From contig JAUWKS010000029.1 in NCBI GenBank assembly GCA_030614005.1, positions 9,317 through 41,316 on the forward strand: a stretch of DNA of 32,000 nt, read 5' to 3'. This DNA is from Candidatus Heimdallarchaeota archaeon. Its GTDB lineage: Archaea; Asgardarchaeota; Heimdallarchaeia; JABLTI01. Shown here one piece after another: positions 25,202 to 32,000 of this stretch. The first letter of the stretch is position 1; each line of letters starts with the position of its first letter. The notes beneath the pieces are model-generated. The model was not told the DNA's origin. It did not search any database and worked only from the letters and a program-made list of their open reading frames with translations. Position numbers and translations under genes: made by a program.

Positions 25202-27139
25202 TTGTACGAGAAAAAAAATCTTTATATATGCAATCAACACAATTATTCCTTGATGTTAAAAGTTTCATTTATGGGAATTTATTTGAGACGAAAAATATTT
25301 TTCTTATTAGTATTAATGATTTTGAATTTTGGCTTAGTAAAAACTGAATTGAATGGTGAGAGTAATACTCAGTTTATTGTTTCAATTAAAAATCAATCAA
25401 TTATAAATAGCTCCTCATATAGTGATTGGTTTGCTTTGGTTATTAATCAGCTTTATACGCAGGATTTATTGACTGATGATTACAATGAAACCAAATTTCA
25501 TTCAGCATTTATTGATGTAGTAACTAACGCAAAGTATTGGCCAGAGGAACTAGCGATAAATAAAGAGGAATACTTAGATCCCTCAGTTGAAGAGATTGTT
25601 GTTTCAACTCCAACTGAATTGAATGGTTCCCTTCTAATGTTTAATCCTTATTATCTAAATTATTATACTCCATATCTCACAGAATTTTTTCTGTTTAGCC
25701 TAGTTGATTCTTTAAATGCAACTACTAAATACCATTCATGGGATTTTTCAGAAGAAATAACACAAGTAGGAACAATTGAGAAATTCATTAACGCTTCACT
25801 TAACACATTGCTCTTACGAGAAGTCAATGGTAAAATAGTTGGTAGAACTTTTGATTACGCTAATAACTACTCTAGTATCAGCAACTTAAGATCTGCATTG
25901 AAATGGCTTGATTATTCATTTAATACTTCTTTACTAATAGCAACAATCCAAAAACAAATCGATAGTCTTTCAACAGTAACCTTCCCTAATTGGTATTCAT
26001 CAGCAGCTTATGGATTATTATGTATTGAAACTGGTCAAGAATTTTCTAATAATTCTCTTGTTAACTTTGGTGAATCAGTTATAGATTATCTTTGGAACAA
26101 TAAAGAGTTCACTAACGATGATGATTCAGAAGGTTATAAATTTACAATAGCACTAGATTTAGTTGATTATAATAATAGCTATGCAAAGGAAATAACAGAT
26201 TTCGGTATTAGTTTATTATTCCCTAATATGGGAGTTGATTTACTACAACCTATAGTGGCTTCACAAGAATACTATAATTATCTCAAAAATGATACTTTTC
26301 ATTCCATTTATTTATATTACAATATCTTTGACTTGTTTGAATTAATGGAAGTTTTGGATGAACATTATCCTGAAAAAAACTATCCAACAATTCAAAAGAA
26401 AATAATGAATTACTACTTCTCAATATGTTACTATTCGCCTGTATTAAATAGATATACCATGGATTATTCAACACATGCATCTCTACTTCTAAATGATTTT
26501 TATTCTAGTCAGGATATTTTATTTAGAGGTCATCTATTTTACTTGGCAAAACTCCTTGGGCAATACTGTTCTGAATTTGGTGCTATTAATGATACTGAAG
26601 CGCCTATGCTTGAAACATTCTATGCTACTGGAAAGAAAACAGTATTTACTGATAATGGTGTTTTTGTTAATAATCAGTTCAAAGCAATAGATAACAATTT
26701 TACATTAATTGCTAGTTGTGAAACTGAGGGATATTTTCTACTAAAAATTATCATGAGGGATGAGCTTTCTGGATTTGTGGATTCAAAATTTGTAATTGAT
26801 AATTCAACAATTTTCTCGCCATGTGACAATAGTAACAATACACTCTTACCCTTTCAGTATACAAATCACACTGTAACTAGTGTAATTAAGAAAGATTTTG
26901 ATCAGAGTATTTTCTATTATCTATATTCAAAAATGCTAGTAACAAAAGTTTTTGCACTGTATGCCTATGATAAAGTAGGAAATGTTAGGATATCAACAAT
27001 AATCTTTAAGCCGATAACTACAAATAACGAAGGAAGGGCTTATATCATAGGAATAAATACAATTTCAATAATGACTTTATATGGTATTGCAACGGTTATT
27101 ATTTGGCGAACACTTGAAAAACGAGTAAAGCGAGAATAA
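25202..27139 (+). CDS. Large secreted/membrane-anchored hypothetical protein (start possibly MGIYLRRK)
   Basis: Signal-like KIFFLLVLMILNFGLV, Tyr/Asn/Ser-rich body with many sequons, C-terminal TM followed by basic RTLEKRVKRE. Confidence 0.75.
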   Translation: MYEKKNLYICNQHNYSLMLKVSFMGIYLRRKIFFLLVLMILNFGLVKTELNGESNTQFIVSIKNQSIINSSSYSDWFALVINQLYTQDLLTDDYNETKFHSAFIDVVTNAKYWPEELAINKEEYLDPSVEEIVVSTPTELNGSLLMFNPYYLNYYTPYLTEFFLFSLVDSLNATTKYHSWDFSEEITQVGTIEKFINASLNTLLLREVNGKIVGRTFDYANNYSSISNLRSALKWLDYSFNTSLLIATIQKQIDSLSTVTFPNWYSSAAYGLLCIETGQEFSNNSLVNFGESVIDYLWNNKEFTNDDDSEGYKFTIALDLVDYNNSYAKEITDFGISLLFPNMGVDLLQPIVASQEYYNYLKNDTFHSIYLYYNIFDLFELMEVLDEHYPEKNYPTIQKKIMNYYFSICYYSPVLNRYTMDYSTHASLLLNDFYSSQDILFRGHLFYLAKLLGQYCSEFGAINDTEAPMLETFYATGKKTVFTDNGVFVNNQFKAIDNNFTLIASCETEGYFLLKIIMRDELSGFVDSKFVIDNSTIFSPCDNSNNTLLPFQYTNHTVTSVIKKDFDQSIFYYLYSKMLVTKVFALYAYDKVGNVRISTIIFKPITTNNEGRAYIIGINTISIMTLYGIATVIIWRTLEKRVKRE

Positions 27140-27331
27140 TTTGAAGCTAATAACTGCCTCACTTTTTTTATTTACATTTGATTTTTGTTTTAGAAATGAA
27201 TTATCCTTAACACTAGCATATGTTACCTATCTTATAACTTCATTAAATTCTCCTTGGGTAAGCAGAAATAACTAGAAACAAGATTTGTTAAACAATAAAA
27301 ATAATCGTCTATGAGAAAAGGAAAAGAAAAA

Positions 27332-27469
27332 TGGTGCGGAGGGCGCGATTTGAACACGCGAACCTCTACAGGAAAGGATATCCTATTCCATCTGGCCCTG
27401 AGGGTTACTCGATCGACTTGATCGGGGATCTTAAGTCCTTCGCCGTTGACCTAGCTGGGCTACCTCCGC
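27332..27469 (-). tRNA. tRNA-Leu(TAA) with 50-nt intron at 37/38 (27380-27429)
   Basis: GCGGAGG/CCTCCGC-A-CCA; AAGGA-CT-TAA-G | intron | A-TCCTT; long variable arm. CTTA pairs with intron TAGG, followed by an AT|A bulge. Confidence 0.93.
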
Positions 27470-27633
27470 AATAGAATATATCAACAGCATCTCAGTAATT
27501 ACTTTTTGTTTTTTATTCTGTTAAAAAGTTTTGTGTAGAATAAAATATTATCATTTAGCTATGTTATTTTGCAAAGTAGCAAAACTATTTAAGAGAACTC
27601 TAATTTAGCATTCATTAGAAACTAAAGCTGTTA

Positions 27634-27752
27634 GCCGAGGTAGCCTAGCCTGGTATGGCGGTGGTCTCGAAAATCTTTGGTCGAGAACCTTTTCTCTCGA
27701 GTAAACCACTGCGTGCAAGCGCTCGGGGGTTCGAATCCCCTCCTTGGCACCA
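27634..27752 (+). tRNA. tRNA-Ser(CGA) with 32-nt intron at 37/38 (27672-27703)
   Basis: GCCGAGG/CCTTGGC-A-CCA; GTGGT-CT-CGA-A | intron | A-ACCAC; variable arm GCGTGCAAGCGC. CTCG pairs with intron CGAG, followed by a TA|A bulge. Confidence 0.94.
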
Positions 27753-27929
27753 ATTTTACTAATTGGCACCAAAGTTAAATGAATAAATCAATGAATTGTT
27801 TTTGGGATTTTTCTAAAACTAAAATTCTTCTCATTTGGCTCCATTCAATATCACTCTCGAGAGTGTCAACTTTGACAAAGATTAATTCTGCTCGAGAGAA
27901 ATAAACACCACTAAAAAAAAGGAGAAGTT

Positions 27930-28328
27930 TTATTGAAAAATAAATGTAGAAATAAAACTTCCTAAGAAAAATATGTGAAGTGCTAACAAAAGACTGTTTG
28001 TAATTAAACCAAATTTTGCTATTTTTCTTTTTCCTTTTTTTATGCTAAGGGCACCTGTTACTATACCAATTATATTACATATATTAAAAGTAATAATAAT
28101 AGCAAGGATGCTATAGGTTCCAATATATTCCCAAGCATAGTGCATTATTATTATTAGTAACCACCATACTGTGATAAGGAAAAATAAACCTAAAGAAAAT
28201 GAAACATAGGATAATGTAGTAAATAGTTTTTTTCTATTAGTTTTTTCATTTGAATTAGTGTTAACTTCATTTAAACTTCCATTTTCTTGAGGAGATGTTT
28301 CTCCACTTATTTTATTTTCATTCATCAA
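27930..28328 (-). CDS. Hypothetical membrane protein (about 3 TM)
   Basis: Polar N-terminus, then three hydrophobic segments separated by KKGKRK; AAGGAG upstream. Confidence 0.7.
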   Translation of the reverse strand: MMNENKISGETSPQENGSLNEVNTNSNEKTNRKKLFTTLSYVSFSLGLFFLITVWWLLIIIMHYAWEYIGTYSILAIIITFNICNIIGIVTGALSIKKGKRKIAKFGLITNSLLLALHIFFLGSFISTFIFQ

Positions 28329-28681
28329 AAGTCCTTACTCCTTTACATCTAAAAATAATTTTTCAGACATAATACCTTTTAGTACCCCAAATGTTGAAGT
28401 ATGCATTTCATCACTATAAAGATCATTGAAATTGTCTTTAATATCTATGCCAAGTGAAGTAATATGTTTTGCGTAGAGTAATTATGCATTATTGAAAAAT
28501 ATGTGTTCTTCACTATCAAAACAAATAGAATGTTTTTAATGAAAAATATGAATGAATGAATGTTTTTGTAACCTTGTTACACCTAAAAGGAGAAGTATTA
28601 CAAGCGAAGGTTTTCCAGACCGATTTTCACTTGCTTTTTTGCTTGAACAGGTTCTGCTGTTTATTATTCAACGAAGAACAT

Positions 28682-28996
28682 TTATCGTGAAAGTTCTATT
28701 TCTACGTGAATGTCATCTGGCATTTTTACTCTCATTATTTGTTTGAGAGTTCTCTCTTCTGCATCGATATCAATTAATCTTTTATGGATGCGCATTTCAT
28801 AATGCTCAAAAGTTTGTGTACCATTTCCACATGGGGATTTTCTTACTGGTACGGTTATTACTCTTGTTGGGAGAGGTATTGGCCCTTTCATTCGTACGCC
28901 TGTTCTTTCAGCAATTTTTTTTACTTGATTGCAAACACTTGCCAATGAATCAGTATTTTGGCCGCTTAATCTTATTCTTGCGCGGTGCGCTGACAT
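28682..28996 (-). CDS. rps10: Ribosomal protein S10 (uS10)
   Basis: ARIRLSG...GPIPLPT...[26 protein letters not shown]. Confidence 0.98.
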   Translation of the reverse strand: MSAHRARIRLSGQNTDSLASVCNQVKKIAERTGVRMKGPIPLPTRVITVPVRKSPCGNGTQTFEHYEMRIHKRLIDIDAEERTLKQIMRVKMPDDIHVEIELSR

Positions 28997-29154
28997 TTTT
29001 AGTTTTCCTACCTATTATTGGTTTGGCTTTTTTTCTCTAGATTTCTTTTAAAAAACTTTCCATTGTGTTTTATTGGTTCTTAAACAAGTAGAGCTCTTCT
29101 TAGAGCTAATATTTATCTAATGAAACATCAGATAATTTAGATGGGGTTATTACT

Positions 29155-29601
29155 TTGTTTCGTCCTTCTAAAGAACTTTTAACCGATCCTGGAATTAGAT
29201 ATCTTGAATATTATGGTATGCGCTATATTCGAGCTTATTCGGGTATAAAGATCGGTATGGCAATAATGAGTGGTATATTTTTTAGTGTTGTAATGGTTAC
29301 TTTTTCACTTCATGTTATGGATGATTTTATTCCATTCTATTATATTATGAGTGGAATGGGCGGGATCTTTTTCCTACTAGCAGTTATTTTCGTATTATTT
29401 TTTCCAGATAGGAGATTTTTTAAGTACATAGTTGAATTACGTGATAAAAACGCAGTTACGGAACTCAAAGAAATACTTTACAAACCAGGTATTAAATCTA
29501 CATTAGCTATGTTGGCATTAATTGATTTAGGTGAAGTTGAACCCGAAACCTTCTATCGAATGAGTAGAGGTAGTGATCAGCAATCTTTGGGTGGATTATG
29601 A
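29155..29601 (+). CDS. Hypothetical two-TM membrane protein
   Basis: Two hydrophobic helices, then a short helical cytoplasmic region (AVTELKEIL...LAMLALIDLGE). Confidence 0.65.
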   Translation: MFRPSKELLTDPGIRYLEYYGMRYIRAYSGIKIGMAIMSGIFFSVVMVTFSLHVMDDFIPFYYIMSGMGGIFFLLAVIFVLFFPDRRFFKYIVELRDKNAVTELKEILYKPGIKSTLAMLALIDLGEVEPETFYRMSRGSDQQSLGGL

Positions 29602-29734
29602 ATGCGATTGAAGTTAAGATTTTAATAGCTTGAATTGTAAAAGAATATCGTTCCGTTTTCATTCTTTATAAAGGAACTTTATTGTCACAATCGATGACAA
29701 AGTTAAAATAAGAGTAAAAATCGTTTTTCGTTCC

Positions 29735-29857
29735 ACTGGCAATTGAGGGTGAGATTATCCAAGATTCCAGTATTAAAGTTTAGTCTTATAAAATAGAGAC
29801 TTCAAACTTTAGGCTTTGAAAAAGCCAATCGTAAAAGTTCGATTGGAGAAAATTATC
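29735..29857 (+). promoter_or_regulatory. Candidate structured leader of the rpl3 operon
   Basis: CCAATCG/CGATTGG hairpin (29825-29846) overlaps the GGAG Shine-Dalgarno; an alternative GGCTTT/AAAGCC hairpin lies at 29812-29826. Confidence 0.35.
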
Positions 29858-30853
29858 ATGGGTCATCGTAAGAGTAACGCACCACACCAGGGATCACTCT
29901 CCTTCAGAAGAGTCCGAGTTAAGACTCAGAAGGGAAAAATACGATCTTGGCCTGATTGGGATGGAGCCCCTAAGCTCCTTGGATTCGCAGGATTCAAAGC
30001 CGGCATGACGCATGTGACTGTCATCGAGAATCGAAAGAACAGTCCAATGTTCAACCAGGAACGCATTGTTCCTGTAACTATATTAGAATGCCCACCTCTC
30101 AAGGTGATTGGTATCAGGGGATATCGTTATACCCCCACAGGACTTGCTATTGCTGCTGAAGCAATGATCAAGGACCTTCCTAAAGAACTTAGTCGAAGAA
30201 TGATTCTTCCTAAGAAGTATGATGCCAAAGCACGACTAAAAACCCTACAAGAGCGTCTAGGGTCAATTTATGAATTGAGAGCTATTGTCATGACGAATCC
30301 ACAACAAGCAAAACTTCCGCGTAAGTCACCTGATATCCTTGAGATAAAAGTTGGCGCTAAAGAAATGACGGAAGGCTTTGAGTTTGTTAAATCCCTTTTA
30401 GGTAAAACAGTCACACTTGATTCTGTTTTTGAGATCGGTGAATTAATTGATACCATAGGTGTTACAAAAGGTAAAGGTATACAAGGGCCTGTTAGAAGGT
30501 TTGGAATTAAGATACTTCCTCGAAAGACTCGAGGAGTTAAACGAAAACCTGGAGCATTAGGTCCATGGACTCCCTCTCGTACTATGTACACGGTTGCACA
30601 CCAAGGTCAGCATGGGTACCATCAACGTACTGAGTATAACAAGCTCATTATGAAAATTGGTACTAAAGAGGAGAATATTACTCCTGCTGGCGGTTTTAAG
30701 AGATTTGGTTTTGTCAACAGTGATTTCGTAGTTATGAAAGGTAGTATCCAAGGACCACCTAAAAGACTCATAACTTTGAGGAGTCCGATACGGGGTAAGA
30801 AACCCGTAACTGCACCTGAAATATTGCAGATTTCCCTCAGCAGTAAAATGTAG
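29858..30853 (+). CDS. rpl3: Ribosomal protein L3 (uL3)
   Basis: MGHRKSNAPHQGSL, GFAGFKAGMTH, GVTKGKGIQGPVRRFG and GYHQRTEYNK. ATG 29858 is preferred. Confidence 0.99.
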   Translation: MGHRKSNAPHQGSLSFRRVRVKTQKGKIRSWPDWDGAPKLLGFAGFKAGMTHVTVIENRKNSPMFNQERIVPVTILECPPLKVIGIRGYRYTPTGLAIAAEAMIKDLPKELSRRMILPKKYDAKARLKTLQERLGSIYELRAIVMTNPQQAKLPRKSPDILEIKVGAKEMTEGFEFVKSLLGKTVTLDSVFEIGELIDTIGVTKGKGIQGPVRRFGIKILPRKTRGVKRKPGALGPWTPSRTMYTVAHQGQHGYHQRTEYNKLIMKIGTKEENITPAGGFKRFGFVNSDFVVMKGSIQGPPKRLITLRSPIRGKKPVTAPEILQISLSSKM

Positions 30854-30867
30854 GAGATAAGAAAAAA

Positions 30868-31698
30868 ATGAAGACTAAAATTTATGGTGCAATTGGTTTA
30901 GCTAAAAAAGCACGGGTAGAATTACCCGAAGTTTTTGACACACCCTATAGACCTGATCTTATTAAACGGGCTGTCTTAGCCGTACAAAGTACTAGAAGAC
31001 AACCGAAAGGAACTAAATATCACGCAGGTTGGACTGTAGCTTCAAGTTGGGGCACAGGTAGAGGTGCTGCTAGAACTCCAAGAAGTCATGGAAGCAGAAC
31101 TCATTCAGCATCTAGAGGTGCATTAGTGAATTACACCGTTGGTGGTAGAGTAGCTCACCCCCCTAGAGCCGAAAAGAAAATTGTTGAGAATATCAACAAA
31201 AAAGAACGTCGTTTAGCAATTCGCAGTGCTATTGCCGCTACATCTAACAAGGATTTAGTCCTTAACCGTGGTCATAGAGCTGCTAGTTTTGAATTACTAC
31301 CAATCATTTTTGAGGATGGAATTCATGATAAAATCGCTAAAACTAAAGACGCTATAGAGCTTCTTACAAAAATAGGCTTGATTAATGACATTGAACGATC
31401 CAAACAAGGAAGACATATCCGAGCCGGAAAAGGCAAAGGTAGAGGACGTAAGTATAAGAAACCTGTCGGACCACTTTTTGTTATTGACAGAGAATCTAAC
31501 TTCTGTAATTCTATAAGAAACCTTTCTGGTGTTGAAATTGTCGATGTAAAGTACTTGAATGCTGAAATGCTCGCACCTGGTACTCATGCAGGTAGATTAA
31601 CTGTCTGGATGGAAAAAACTATTGATATCATCAATACAACCTATCCTAACAAGAAAATCACTGCATCTAAAGCCAAGAAAGCAGCAGCTACAAAATAG
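30868..31698 (+). CDS. rpl4: Ribosomal protein L4 (uL4)
   Basis: RPDLIKRAVLA, SWGTGRG.AR.PR, RAGKGKGRGRKY and LAPGTHAGRLTVW. Confidence 0.99.
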   Translation: MKTKIYGAIGLAKKARVELPEVFDTPYRPDLIKRAVLAVQSTRRQPKGTKYHAGWTVASSWGTGRGAARTPRSHGSRTHSASRGALVNYTVGGRVAHPPRAEKKIVENINKKERRLAIRSAIAATSNKDLVLNRGHRAASFELLPIIFEDGIHDKIAKTKDAIELLTKIGLINDIERSKQGRHIRAGKGKGRGRKYKKPVGPLFVIDRESNFCNSIRNLSGVEIVDVKYLNAEMLAPGTHAGRLTVWMEKTIDIINTTYPNKKITASKAKKAAATK

Positions 31699-31713
31699 GA
31701 GATTTGAACACAA

Positions 31714-31986
31714 ATGAGTCTTGAAGAAAACTTATACTCGATAATTATTGCTCCTTTTAGTAGCGAAAGAATTTTCGAGCTAATTGAGAGTCAAAATAAG
31801 CTTGCTTTTATTGTTAAGCGCACAGCGAATAAGCAAACAATAAAACGAGCCATTGAAAAACTCTACAATGTGAAAATTGTAAAAGTAAATACAATGATCA
31901 CTCCAAAAGGCAAGAAAAAGGCTATTGTTCGTTTACATGAAACATACAATGCTGTTGATCTTGCTACAGCCTTAGGATTAATGTAA
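31714..31986 (+). CDS. rpl23: Ribosomal protein L23 (uL23)
   Basis: NKLAFIV...ANKQTIKRAIEKLYNVKIVKVNT.ITPKGKKKAIVRL. Confidence 0.98.
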   Translation: MSLEENLYSIIIAPFSSERIFELIESQNKLAFIVKRTANKQTIKRAIEKLYNVKIVKVNTMITPKGKKKAIVRLHETYNAVDLATALGLM

Positions 31987-32000
31987 TTTGGAGGCATGAA

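Noticed and set aside
28330-28530. Protein-like minus-strand frame (HSICFDSEEH...*LLYAKHITSLGIDIK...DVKE*) upstream of the 3-TM gene
   Set aside because: It has an internal stop, no good start and no recognisable family. It could be a gene remnant but is unsupported.
328-31587. Short ORF-track entries overlapping real genes on the opposite strand or in another frame (e.g. 328-573, 2122-2352, 5675-6040, 6544-6888, 13339-13581, 19102-19395, 30268-30591, 31297-31587)
   Set aside because: Shadow ORFs with Ser/Phe/Ile/Leu-biased composition, fully explained by the coding strand of well-supported genes.
1-32000. CRISPR array or cas genes
   Set aside because: No regularly spaced direct repeats and no cas-like ORFs were seen. 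TnpB is the only RuvC protein.
31996-32000. ATG after GGAGG, probably the start of rpl2
   Set aside because: Only five bases are visible. Expected from operon order but not supportable from the sequence.

Overview
AT-rich archaeal window, most likely Asgard/Heimdallarchaeia. This is inferred from archaeal RpoL, Csl4, PCNA, GINS and L3/L4/L23 together with an MglA/Arf-like small GTPase, a Roadblock protein and an alpha-SNAP-like TPR protein. The housekeeping backbone is TFS, the csl4-DUF2067-rpoL-RNaseIII-like-DUF99 operon, a B12/radical SAM/TRAM enzyme, pcna-gins51, rps27e, a phosphohexomutase, enolase, a METTL5-like methylase, rps10 and rpl3-rpl4-rpl23. Four tRNAs are present, two with 37/38 introns. 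A very AT-rich island of about 7.85 kb (8017-15867) is bracketed by a tRNA 5' fragment and a tRNA-Arg 3' fragment. It contains an intact inverted tRNA-Arg(TCG), a three-gene operon led by a protein that looks COMMD-like by eye, a doubly frameshifted TnpB with a divergent AbrB gene, a HEAT/coiled-coil/2TM plus ApeA-like HEPN gene pair, and a membrane protein. Strongest leads: the COMMD-like operon, the tRNA-fragment geometry, a strongly over-represented (T)CTCGAG(A) palindrome that the island nearly lacks, the HEAT-HEPN pair, a radical SAM motif split by a ferredoxin-like Cys insert, and two structured intergenic RNA candidates. All family calls come from motif recognition by eye; no searches were run.
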